A stretch of 64,000 nt of DNA from contig OZ193909.1 of NCBI GenBank assembly GCA_964276515.1, positions 620,001 through 684,000 of the forward strand, written 5' to 3'. Below are positions 52,310 through 64,000 of this stretch, one piece after another (position 1 is the stretch's first letter; each line of letters opens with the position of its first letter). The notes under the pieces are model-generated. The model was not told the DNA's origin, searched no databases, and saw only the letters and a list, made by a program, of their open reading frames with translations. The translations under genes and the position numbers were made by a program. Source of the DNA: Gordius albopunctatus (taxonomy: Eukaryota).

Positions 52310-55300
52310 ATGACTAACTTTTCATTAGATGAAATGCTTAAGGCTTATAAAGTTGTAAAGTCCAGTCCATACTACAATAGAACTCCATTAATACCATTTA
52401 ATAGGGTTAAATTTGATTTTTCTTTATATCTTAAATTAGAAAACATGCAGAATACAGGTATTATATGAATTTTAATAGGTGCTTAACTGATTGATTTTTT
52501 ACATTTTTGGATTAACTTTATCCTAAACAATATCTTAAAGATAAGATTATAATTACTAATTATTTTGATAAATATTAAATTAAAACCTATAAAGAATTCT
52601 ACTTTTTTACAACATCTATAATCAAAATTATTTCTGGCCTATTTAAAATTATTTTTATCACATATATAGGATCATTTAAGATTCGTGGTGTCATCAATCA
52701 AATTGAACATTTTCAAAATAGGGATCAGGGTATTGTTACCTCATCTGCTGGAAATTATGGAAAAGCTCTAGCTTATATATCTCAACAATTAAATTTGAAA
52801 TCTACCATATTTTTGCCAGATACAGCACCTAATGATAGGGTTAATCTTATTAGGGTATATATTTTTGATTTATAAAACTCTATGTTACAAATAGAATTTT
52901 TTATATAATATATTTTATTGATTATAAGTAAATCTTCTTCTTCTTTCTATGACTGCTTGTCACCAAGGCTGGTGGTCAGTCCTTTCAGCATTTGTTTCTC
53001 TTTATCTTGTGGACTTTCATATCATGCCATATTTTATGAATCTAGATTAGCTTGGGTCTTCCTCTTCTTCGTTTTCCTGCAAAATTTATCATCTCAATTT
53101 TCTTTCCTACGTAGCCATCGTCCCTTCTTTCTACATGGCCATACCATCTTAGTCTATTTGTTAGGAGCTTTGTCGCAATTGATTTAGTACCCAAAATTCT
53201 TCTTATTTCTTCATTTCGCCTATGATCCTTTTTGCTTACTCCTAGCACCCATCTTAGCATTCTCATCTCCATGGCTGCAAGACGTTGCTCTTCTTTTTTA
53301 CGTATAGCCCATGATTCCGAGCTATACAGGACTGTTGGCTGTATGATGGATTTATACAGTGCGCCTTTTAGTTTTCTCTGGATGTTTTTGTCACACAGAA
53401 CACCTGTCAGGTCCCTCCACTTGAGCCATCCGGAATTTATCCTTGTTTGGATTTCTTTATCCATTCCACCATCCGATTGAAGTGTTGATCCTAAATATTT
53501 GAAGGAATATCGCCTAAAATAAGGGATGCACTTTGCTGGTTTTCATCCGATTTAAACTTTGTTTTCATGTATTCTGTTTTCTTTCGATTTACCCTGAGAC
53601 CACTTTCTTCTATTGCATTTACCCATCTATTTACAGTGTTAGCCAATTCTTGTTCGCTTTTGGCACAGAGGATTATATCGTCTGCAAAGATCATTGCCCA
53701 AGGAACTTCCTCGCCCAAATCCTTGGTAATATTATCCATTATCATTATGAATAGGAAGGGACTAAGAGCTGAACCTTGATGAACTCCAGTGTTGATGGCA
53801 AAGCCTTTTGTAGTCCCCACCGTTGTTCTAACATACGTTCTATTTCCCTTGTACATATCTTTTATTGCTCTGACGTGAAGTTGTGGCACATTGTTTTCTT
53901 CAAGACATTTCCAAACTAAATTACGAGGAACTTTATCGAACGCTTTTTCTAGATCGATGAAACACATGTGCAAATCCTCTTCCCTTTCTTTAAACCGTTT
54001 CATTAATCTTCAAACACTGTTTAGGGCGTCTGCTGTAGACCTCTCAGGCATAAATCCGAATTGGTTATCTCGAATTTGAACCATACTCCGAAGCCTTTTT
54101 TCCATCACTTTTTCCCACACCTTGAAAGTGTGACTCATAAGCTTTATCCCTCTGTAATTGTTGCAATCCTGAATGTCCCCTTTCATCTTGTATATCGGGA
54201 TCATGTAGCTATCCCTCCACTCGTCAGGCATTTTACCCGTTTTCAAGATATTGTTGAAAAGGTTGGCGAGGAATTGTGCACCAGTATTGCCTAACGCTTT
54301 GAAGCCTTCTATCGGTATATTGTCGGTCCAAGAGCTTTTCCTGACTTTAGTTTACTCATAGCAACTTTCACTTCCGTTTCCGTGATCCAGTCCGCTGTGT
54401 TTAATTCTCCTATTGTATTTTCCTGGTTAGTGTCTTCGACTACAGGCCCCTTCTCAATTGATAAATCGCTCTAATAGTCGTACCATATTTGTAGTATATG
54501 GCTGTCGTGTGTTAGTATTTCTCCCTTTTGACCCTTAATTAGCCGGCATTCTAGGTAATCTTTAGAATTTCGGGCCCTTGACTTTGCGATTTTATAGATA
54601 AATCTTTCTCCTTCCTTTGAGTGAGTTTTACATTTATATCGTCGTACACCTTGTTTTTAGCTTTCGCTACGAATCTTTTAGCCGATCTTTTAGCTACTTG
54701 GTAAGCTTGCTTATCATTACTATCCTTGCTTTTATACCAAACTTTGTACAATCTCTTCTTTTCCTTGAAACATTTTTGCACTTCTTCATTCCACCACCAC
54801 GTCTCCTTGAGAATTCTTTTAATGGTCTTGCTTTCACCTAGTATTTGTCGTCCCGCTTTTCGCATTGTGGCAGCTATACCATTCCATTGATCCTCACATG
54901 AAGTATTTTCCTTAAATTCATCAAGTTTAATTACTTGTTCCTGAAAATGTTGAATATTATCCTTTAGATTCCTCCATTGTATAGTAGCGGCTACTCTTTG
55001 CTCTTTAAGGCCCTTTAATATAAAGTCCATCACCAACAGCTTGTGTTGGCAGGCCAATATTTCACTCGGTATTACCTTAACATTTTGAACATACTTTAAG
55101 TGCGCTCTCTTGACTAGAAGTAGAAAGAAATCTATCTGAGTGGTACGGCTGCCGCTTTTGTAAGTTATAAGATGTTCCTGTCTCTTTTTGAAGAAGGTAT
55201 TTCCTATTGCTAGGTCAAAAGCTTGAGCAATTTCTAGAATTTCCGTACCTCCTTCATTTCTTAGGCCGTAACCCCGACCACCGTGATTTCTTTCGAATCC

Positions 55301-58300
55301 TCCCCTTGATTTGCCCACGTGTCCATTGAGGTCCGCTCAGATAATTATTATTCCCTCCGTACCGAATTGGTATAGAACATCTTAAAGCTCCTTCCAAAAA
55401 CACTATTTTTCCGTCTGAGAGCATCCACTTTGAGTGGCGTATGCTGATATAACCTTTATCGTAGTAGATTTATAACAAAGCTGTATCGCCATAATTCTGT
55501 CATTGATTCTCTTAACGTCGGCGACAGTTTGCTGAAATTCTTCCGATAGCACTATACCGACGCCATTCCGGTGAGTTTCTGTAGCGTAAAAATATGATTT
55601 GTATCCGTCCCCTATGTATTTTGCTTTTTGGCCCTTCCATTTGGTCTCTTGTATACAAGCGATATCAATTTTTATCCTCCTTAGAACGTCTGCCAATTCT
55701 CTGCTCTTGCTAGTCATTGTACCAATATTCCATAACCCAAACTTTATCCTACGTAAACTAATGTCTTTAACCGCTTCCGCTTGTTGAGAGAGCGGTAGCT
55801 TTCTTTTATTTCCCACACATTCCAGGCGAAGAATGCGTGCGTCGCTTAAGTGGGGAGCCCTATGGTTTTCATTCTGCGTCTTTGTTGTAGTATACATTTT
55901 GGTTTATATGGAATGAGGGAGTATTGATATCCCGGCCTCCCAAGCCTGACGGAACTATGTTAGATTTTGGCGCTTGACTACCTAGTATTCTTTATGATGC
56001 AGTCATTTTCGTGAATTAAACTTTTCTTTAAACCACTCGTATTGATAGGCTTAATCTAGCACTTCCATTTCACAAAGTACTCCCTCAAAAAGCCCAGAAA
56101 TTTTAGTCTGACACTTCACCAAGAACCTTGCCAATAGGGTGACCCCACCAGTAACAAACATAAAAATTGTGTTTGGCTACCAAAGGTATAGCTTCTTGGA
56201 TCACGAGAGTACACAAGCTCAACCACCACTACAAGGTATTTCTGGCTCGGTTGAGATTGATTATAAGTAAATAGTTTTATAAATGATTGTGTTATTATAT
56301 ATCTATTTCAAATTAATTAACATCAGAGTTTTGGGTCAAAAGTTCAAGTAGTGCCTAATTCCATTTTACAATCCAGTGTAGATCAATTTGCTTTAGAAAA
56401 CAATGTCACATTTCTTCACCCATATGATGATTGTAATCTTATTTGTGGGCATGCCAGGTTAATCACAATCACTATATAACTTTATAAAAAAAATTTTTTC
56501 GTAATTGGAGGGCAATTAAGCAAACCCTAGTGCTTATAAAAAATATAATGTTTCTAAAAAGGTTCATAATTTAACTTTCGAAAAACAAACCACTCGTAGG
56601 GCCATACAGGGACTGCCCGAAACCCATCTTGGCCTGAGAGTTTTGGGCTAGGCTCTGCCATAACTTAATAAAATAATTGGAGCTCGGGTCGGGCCTGATG
56701 GAGCGGCCGACTTGAGGTCCGAACCCGTCACGAACCAAAACTAAGCCAACTTATTATTTATAAAATAGAATTTAAATAAATTTAATCTGTTATAAAATTA
56801 TTATCTTCGCATAGCGTACATAGTATAGCTAAACTCCAGCCCCTCCCCCCTCTTTAATATTTTTTTCTAATTTATTTCTAGTATTTTTATATATTCATCC
56901 TAGATATTTTATTTATATTAATAACATATGTAAATATTTTTAAAGACTTAATATTTGAACCATTAAAAATTTATAAGTTAGGTTTTTATGTAACTATATA
57001 ATTAGTTAAATAAATTTTAGTGATAGGGATGAGAAATTCGATTCTTTATTCAAAACTCCTTGTTTTAAATTATGAATATTATCAATTTGAAGCATTCTAT
57101 GTCAAATCGCCACGTTTTCGGCCGAACCCCTTAAGTTTTTGTGAAATTTTGTGAAAATGTAGAAACTATTAATATTATGAAATTCTGAAATTTTTAGCTC
57201 ATTTGGGCCACTACTTTTCAAGTTGTGGGGCTCAAAGGTCAAAAATCGGTCTTTTACGACTTCGGGTCATGAAGCTAAATTCGATATTTTTTTAATTCAA
57301 AATCTTGTTAAGATGACAGGTAAGACCTGTCTCAATAGAAAAAATTGTAATTTATTTTAGGTCGATTGGTCATCTAATCGGACAAAATAAAAATTTAAAA
57401 CACTGAGCTTGACACGGGCTTGCAGGTTTTGCTGAAGGTCTTAGCGTTTTACAAGTCTAATTCAAAAAGTCATTATACTTTATAAAATGGAGACCATTTG
57501 ACGATTTTGTGAAAATAACGTTATATATCATATTTTATTAAACAATTATTCATAATATTCTACTATTTAAGTTGTGGATTTGAAATCATTGAAGATAACC
57601 CAACCACCGATGTCGTAGTTGTTTGCTGTGGGGGTGGGGGCTTACTCGCCGGTGTGGCTTTAGCTATACGTGCTAAAAATCCCAATTGCGTTATTTATGG
57701 TGTGGAACCTCGAGGAGGTATTAATTTTGCTTAATGATATTTAAAACTTTATATAATATGCATCAACTTTTTCTTAATAGTTATGATATTTTTTTATGAT
57801 TTTATGCTTTTGTTTATTAGCACCCAAGATGTTCGCTAGTTTTAAAAGCGGCAAGCCAGAAACCCTAAAACACATTAGCACAATAGCTTCTGGTCTTGCA
57901 CCACCATATGCAGGTGCGGAATGTTGCAATATTTGTTTATTCAATTATTTATAAAAAAATATATATTATAGATTTACTGTCATTTTAAATTTCTGCCAAC
58001 TGATTATGGATTGAGAAATCAAAAAATATTAACTTAAATATTGTTGTACTTATATTACAATTTATATTATGGAAATGAAGACTTGTTAAAAATGTTTGTT
58101 TTTTACTTCACAAACCTTAAAATCACTTGTCTGTTTAGGCCAATTGACTTTCGAAGTTTGTTTGCGCCTTGTGGATGCTTGCGTTTTGGTGAGCGACGAA
58201 GAAATTGAAGCTGCTGTTGCCATGTGTTACGCTTCTGGATTGGTGGTTGAGACTTCTGGCGCCGCAGCTTTGGCCGCCATCTTATTTCAAAAACTTCCGC

Positions 58301-58509
58301 TAAGTGGCGCCATGCCGACCAATCGCGAAGACGTAGCCTTTTCTCGTGACCGACCTCCTCTAACCAATGGAAAGGTGATATCAAATGTCACGGTTATTAT
58401 CACTGGTGGTAACGTGACACCCGAAGCCTTAGAGAAGATGGTGGATAAATTTGAGGTCGACGGCTCACACATTAGACCCAATCCTCATTATAGTTTGTTA
58501 AATTTTTGA
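52310..58509 (+). CDS. PLP-dependent fold-type II serine/threonine dehydratase-like enzyme; exons 52310-52457, 52670-52854, 56327-56457, 57572-57717, 57821-57913, 58139-58509
   Basis: RTPL, LKLENMQNTGSFKIRG (PLP lysine), TSSAGNYG, HPYDD, CCGGGGLLAG, GVEP, TIASGLAPP, LVVETSGAAALAA, ITGGN. Junctions are GT-AG and phase-compatible. Confidence 0.93.
52934..56255 (-). mobile_element. Full-length RTE-clade LINE inserted antisense in intron 2 of the dehydratase gene
   Basis: Perfect 17-bp TSD attgattataagtaaat at 52917-52933 and 56256-56272. (GAA)n 3' tail. APE (WNIGTM, CIQETKW, TQIDF) and RT (FIDLEKAFD, GVHQGSALSP, IFADD), split by several frameshifts. Confidence 0.97.
56075..56255 (-). ncRNA. Candidate structured RNA (possible self-cleaving ribozyme) at the RTE 5' end
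   Basis: Several complementary segments: CCAGAAAT/ATTTCTGG, CCAAGAA/TTCTTGG, ACCTTG/CAAGGT, GTACTC/GAGTAC, plus an internal hairpin. Function is inferred only. Confidence 0.4.
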
Positions 58510-59674
58510 ATAAAGTTTGTGGCAAAATTTTATTCGAAAGTTTGATAACTTTCGGCTAAAGGGTTTTGACCTTTACCTCTTATAATAGCCATTTCACATT
58601 TTATATGTTAGTTTATTGTTATTTTTTAAAACTATTGTTATGGTATATCTAATCATTGTTAACATTAATATATGTGCCATTTTAAATTTCTTAATGAAAT
58701 ACGATTCATTATTAAAATAAAGTCAATGAAAAACCAAAAAGGTATTAATGTTCATCTTACTGTATGACAATATAAATAGCAGGTGCTAATGATTTTCATT
58801 TGTTTATTTTAACAAAAAACATCGAATTTTTAAGGACAAAAATTTTGAACGAGCATCAAAATCTGCGGACCATAACACGGTATTTCCATAACCGACATCT
58901 AATTGATTTATTTGATAAATAATTAAGTAAAAAATATAAGAATTTCATTTTTATTTTTAAACGCTTTTTTAAAAATCAATTTGTATACTGACCAGGGTGC
59001 TTTAAGCGAAACTGATGTTGAATGGATTATAATTGAAACCCCTAGGTCTATGGCACAAGCAGCATATCCTTTTAATATTAATTTATTTTGTTTTTTTTAA
59101 AGCAGATGGAATTTGGTCTGTTTAATTTATATAGAAAATTAATAACTTCTAATTTTAATTCTATTTAGCTATCAAAACGTTTGGTGTGATATTTTATAGA
59201 GGGGTGTACATACTATACGATATTTTTGAAGTATTTCAAGCTTAATAAATCTAATAAAAATTAAAAACTTTTTGCATGAAAGATTTATTCAGCAGCGGGG
59301 TTGCCAGACTTAGGCACATTGCTTATTTTAACCTAAACATAATTGGTAATTAATAAATAAATACCCTACTTTAGACTATCTCTAAAATATGTATGTATAT
59401 TTAAAGTAGCTTCTCTATAATATAATTTTAAGTGTCGCTATAATGGGTTTAGAAACGACTTTGATTTAAATTGTAGGTTAGATGCCGAGTAAAACAAATT
59501 AGCGATCAAATTGGCCTTTGTATAAAAAATTTAAGAATATGAAATTAATTTTTTCCAATAAAACGCTATTGATTGCTGAATTAAACACATAAACTACTAT
59601 ATTGACAGTTTTTATGGTGTACACGATTTTATGGAACTCACTTAATTTTTTTATCATACGATTTTATTTAAATT

Positions 59675-60307
59675 ATGAATATTTCAATCAGGAGAAGCCT
59701 TAAGCTTAGATGTTTAAAAACTAGATATGTATCGACCAAAAGCTTATTTAATGATGACAACGATTATGTATATATATTCGTAATTTTTTTAAAATTTTAC
59801 ATTAGTCAAATAGCCAGAATATGAAAAAATTAGTTGATGATCTATTTCACCAAACCAATATAATTAAAACAGGTAAACTTTTATAAACATCTTAGCCATT
59901 TAATAATAGGTGACTTAAAATTAAATAAGTACCATTTATCAAAGGGAAAGCTTTTAGTAAGAGATCGTATCAATTATCTCCTTGACAAGGGGTTTATTTT
60001 TCAAGTTTGATTTAAGCCTGTTATTTTCTCTAGATCTCCATTTCTAGAAACCTCTCAGATGGCAGCATATGGTATGTATGAGGAAAATATATATTCAGCT
60101 GGACTTATTACTGGAATAGGGCAAATTAATGGGTAAAATTGCATTATATTTGGTGAAAAGATTAATTTTTTCCAATCAGACTTAAATGCATGATCATTGC
60201 CAATGATGCTACAGTTAAAGGAGGTACATATTATCCTATAACGGTTAAAAAGCATTTACGTGCCCAAGAAATTGCTGAAGAAAATCAATTGCCTTGTGTA
60301 TATTTGG
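59675..60307 (+). CDS. MCCC2: 3-methylcrotonyl-CoA carboxylase beta subunit, 5' part; exons 59675-59767, 59806-59872, 59910-59991, 60034-60132, 60180-60307; continues beyond the window
   Basis: [18 protein letters not shown] (mitochondrial presequence-like), [72 protein letters not shown]. Exon 1 is the least certain. Confidence 0.93.
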
Positions 60308-60823
60308 GTAAAATAAGTTTGATTTATAAATTAAATAGTTTATAATTTTAACTTTATATTTTCTTACAGAGTTTATGTTTAAATAATATTTATTATCTTT
60401 TTGCATTTTTTAAAGCTATCATTAAAGCCACCATTTTTACACTTGCCCTGAACACAATTTAAAATTCAGAATATTGTTGGAGGGGTATTATAAATTTTAA
60501 AGGGGAGAGAAAAATGGTCATTGACCATATACATTTAGGTATTTATGTCAATCAGGCTTGGACACATAATCACTTATTTACTTTAAGGAAATGTAAAGAG
60601 TGTCTTATGAATAAGGTGATAAGACAACAAAAGTTTTTGCCAGCAAGAGTCTGAACATCTTTATATTGCAATATCACTTTGACTAATAATTTAACCAATG
60701 ATTTTGCTAAGGCTTATCTTAGTTTTTAATTCCAGTAGAGATTTATAATGTTGGAAAGCAAAAAACAACAATTTTTTTTGAATTTTTAAGGCATTGTGAA
60801 ACTCTAAATCGTGAGATTTTAAT

Positions 60824-60952
60824 CATGGGCATAGCCAGGGGGGTAGATGACAAATAATAAAAATTAAAGAAATTTATGTTTTGCCCCCCCCCCCCCAATT
60901 GAACTTTCAAACGTTTTGCCCTCCACTAATCCAAAACCTGGCTACGCCCATG
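60824..60952. mobile_element. hAT-type MITE subfamily copy (related to 11257-11377)
   Basis: CATGGGCATAGCCAGG...CCTGGCTACGCCCATG TIRs; 6/8 TSD match. Confidence 0.85.
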
Positions 60953-61320
60953 TTTTCAATTGTCAGGGTTTGAAACAAAATATCGCCATTCTTTTGGTCA
61001 GGGTGCGAGTAAATTATGAGTATATACAAGCTATAATAATAAAAATATTTATGGCAGAATTATTTTTTTTTTAAATCATGTAGGGGAGACCGGGGCTATC
61101 GTGTCCATAAAATTTCAAAGAGGCCTGGACAAAACATATTAACCTATTTTCATATACTTTTTCCAGAAAAATTTTCTTGTCAGCAGTGTTTATAAAGGGG
61201 AAAAAAATTATAGCAACACAGATAAAAGATTTTTAGTAATAACCTTTCAAAAAAAAGACAACCTGTATAAATTCGAAAAATGCCTGGGGCTATTCTTATC
61301 CCTAAGCGGGGCTATATTAT

Positions 61321-61646
61321 CCTTTGTATTATTTTGTATTTAAACTTAATAAACCTTTGATTAAAAGGAATTAAACTCCTAAATTTACAAAATTATGACC
61401 ACACACATTGTTTAAAATGCTTTTTCTATTGTTTACAATTTTGACATATAAAAAATATCATTATTGCAACAAGATCCATGTGCTTTTGTAATGTTTTGTA
61501 TTTAAACTTAATAAACCTTTGATTAAAAGATATTAAACTCCTAAATTAACAAAATTATAATCACACACATTGTTTTAAATGCTTTTTTTATTGTTTACAA
61601 TTTTGAAATATAAAAAAACATCATTATTGCAACATGATCCATGTGC
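61321..61646. repeat. Tandem duplication, ~162 bp x2, inside the pogo element
   Basis: TTTTGTATTTAAACTTAATAAACCTTTG...GATCCATGTGC occurs twice. Confidence 0.9.
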
Positions 61647-61789
61647 CCACATGGAGCAACTTCTACATGCAAGCCAATCTTTGTTCTGATGATTTTTCTT
61701 ATAGTCTTTGGCAAAAATTATGCAACTATCTTTAGATAAATCAATTCCCTTTTTAACTTTTGTAATTGATTTGTTTTAAGTAGTATATC

Positions 61790-62105
61790 AAGTATCATAT
61801 AATAATTTATAATTGCTAAGTAGTAAAGTTTATCTTTCATAACATATATAGTTTCATACAATAATTTATAATTGCTATAATATTATAAGTTTGTTTTTTA
61901 AAGCTATAAAGTTTCATATAATATTGCAAGATATTAAAAGTTTGTCTTTTCTAGCTTATAAAGTTTCATATGATAATTTATAATATTGTTAAATATTAAG
62001 TTTGCCTTTTATAGCTTATAAAGTTTCATATGATAATTTATAATATTGTTAAATATTAAGTTTGTCTTTTATAGCTTATAAAGCTTCATAAACAAATTTA
62101 TAAGG
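61790..62105. repeat. ~60-bp minisatellite inside the pogo element
   Basis: AAGTTTCATATGATAATTTATAATATTGTTAAATATTAAGTTTG.CTTTTATAGCTTATA is near-perfect at 61961-62080, with degenerate copies upstream. Confidence 0.88.
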
Positions 62106-63049
62106 TAAATGTGTTTTTACAGAGATTTTTATGTTGAAATCATTAATTTAAATGCTTTATTAATATAAAGGTGTCACATAAACTTGACAATCATGAAATG
62201 GAATTAAGATTTAAATTTATTGCATATAAATATAATATCATGTTGGTTCTAGAGTCCTTAATGAAATCAGGTCTTTGAATAAAAGATGAAAACCAATCAG
62301 CATCTGCATATTCACATTCTACCCATGAATTAGGCATTGATAAATTAAACTATACTTCCGTTTGATAAGCCAAATACCTAACCTTAACAAATTTGACCAT
62401 ATATTGATAAAATACTTATTTATTTTCATTTCATTATCTCGTACAAATTTGTTTTACATTTGTAAGTTTGCACCATTTCAAATGAATGAATGAATGAATG
62501 AATGAATTAGAGATATTATAGCCCCGCTCTCAATAGCCCCGTGGTTAAAAAAAATTTTGCGAGTTGATTTGAGATAGTCATCTTTAAAAAAATTATATAT
62601 TTTAATTTAATTATTATAGAAAAATTCACACTTTTTAACCTAAAATAAGTTTGGAACTGAAACATTATATACTTTTAAAGTTATTAGCAAAATAGAAAAA
62701 ATAAAAAAGGAGCTTTTAGCCCCCAAAAGTCTTATTTTTACTATAATTTTTTTCCACTAAATTTTTTAAATTTTTTTTTATACCTGGGATGCGTCTATAA
62801 AACGTACATATAATATATAAATTTGACTGGGTACAAATCAATAGCTTGGAAATTATTTGAGAGGATACGTATAGCTTTGGGCTACGTATAGCCCCGGTCT
62901 CCCCTAAATATTTTTGGGCATAATGGGGGTACTACATTATAATACAATCAGTAACTTTTTAAATGTAAAGCTATATTTATATATATGTGCAAAACCTCAA
63001 ATCTCTGATGTTCTTATCCCAAGAACAATGCTACGTTTTAATGTGCAGC

Positions 63050-63208
63050 CATGGGCGTAGCCAGAGAAGGGCAGCTGCCCTTCTCTAAATCCAAGAATTT
63101 GTTTAAAATGTATTGAAAAAATGATGGCTAAAACTTAAAAAAATGCTCATTTTGCCCCTCGCTAAGTCATTATTGCACCCTTTAATTCCAATACTGTCTG
63201 TGCCCATG
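63050..63208 (+). mobile_element. hAT-type MITE copy
   Basis: CATGGGCGTAGCCAG...TGCCCATG with the family body. Confidence 0.85.
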
Positions 63209-63689
63209 TCTGTAACTAACTACTTGTGTGTTATAAATAATGATGAAAAGTATCCACTCATACTATTCAGGTTTGTACAACAATATAATGGACATGAAAT
63301 GAATTGCTTGGGCACAAATTTATAATAAGGTTATAAGACTGCTAATAAAACGCTTGCCTTAAATTATTTATCTAAAGGCATTACAGCTTTTGGATTCGGG
63401 CGGAGCGAAAATGTTTTAATTTCAAGTGGGGGGAAGGGACAGAACATTAACTTTATTTTTAAGGGTTTTTATATTGAAAATAAATTTTTTTTGTCATTGA
63501 CCCTATCGGCTATGCCAATGAAAGCAACTAATGATCTCATCTTGTACAAATATCAAATGAAATGTTTATAGAGGTTTTTAATAAAAATGCTTCGCCATTT
63601 TTATTTTTTCAAATTTATATTTCTTTATAAAATAATATAAATAATTTAGGGTAAAAAATAAGATAGCATAAAAAAATTCAAAGTCGAAA

Positions 63690-63800
63690 TTTTTCGGCGA
63701 GACTGATATTTTTTAGCCGAGACGAGTTCGAGATTTTTAGAATGACGCCGGAGACGAGATGAGATTTTGCTTTCGAGACGGAAACGAAACGAGATCGATT
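63690..63800. repeat. Cluster of CGAGAC/GAGAT motifs, probably the subterminal region of a DNA transposon
   Basis: About 8 spaced GAGAC/GAGAT/GAAAC motifs. Confidence 0.4.
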
Positions 63801-64000
63801 GTTAAAGTATTTGTCCATTATAAATTTACTATTATTACATCTAAATAGCAATACTAGTGAGCAGGAATATTATTAAAATTTTCCCCAACCTTAAACTATA
63901 GATATTTTACTTAAACTTACCTCCCCGGTAAAAAAAGCTATAATTTTAAATGCAAAAAGAGTTGTAAGTGAGGAATCAATTAGCTTTGTTTCAATCGTGT

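Larger units (their letters stand above)
61083..62904 (-). mobile_element. pogo-like (Tc1/mariner superfamily) DNA transposon, internally deleted, in an MCCC2 intron
   Basis: Perfect 17-bp TIRs GGGGAGACCGGGGCTAT and a TA TSD. Minus-strand transposase relics: MVQTYKCKTN (ATG at 62476), CENP-B HTH-like VRYLAYQ..P.SW....A.ADWFSSFIQR (~62260-62390), PHD-like DWLACRSCSMWAHGSC (~61630-61680). No DDE core seen. Confidence 0.88.

Noticed and set aside
61790..62105. Regularly spaced repeats superficially like a CRISPR array
   Set aside because: Eukaryotic context, head-to-tail units with no unique spacers, and no cas genes.
63388..63419. TGGATTCGGGCGGAGCG reads DSGGA, the expected start of the next MCCC2 exon
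   Set aside because: No AG in the required phase, the frame stops after KMF, and the expected LPxQ continuation is missing. It looks like the edge of a MITE-like repeat.

Overview
AT-rich, intron-containing animal (invertebrate) DNA. The prospero homeodomain FYTRYPNSN and the 37-61 nt introns suggest an ecdysozoan worm-like lineage (inference). Four host genes were rebuilt by hand from GT-AG junctions with compatible phases. (1) prospero/Prox, + strand, 14484-20862. (2) An 18-19 exon minus-strand gene, 34826-46895, whose predicted secreted, probably GPI-anchored product joins an N-terminal histidine-brace LPMO-like domain to two EGF repeats, two Met/His heme-type DOMON domains, a SEA domain and a Cys-rich module. 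This is the most interesting object: a candidate copper enzyme carrying its own electron donor. (3) A PLP fold-II serine/threonine dehydratase-like gene, + strand, 52310-58509. (4) The first five exons of MCCC2, + strand, from 59675. The rest is rich in mobile DNA: two long RTE LINEs (one full-length, with a 17-bp TSD and a structured 5' end), a Mag-like Ty3/Gypsy element with 97-bp LTRs, a CRE-clade LINE inside a foldback element, a pogo-like deletion derivative, about 20 copies of a hAT-type MITE concentrated around prospero, and tandem repeats. All family assignments come from motif recognition; no searches were run.
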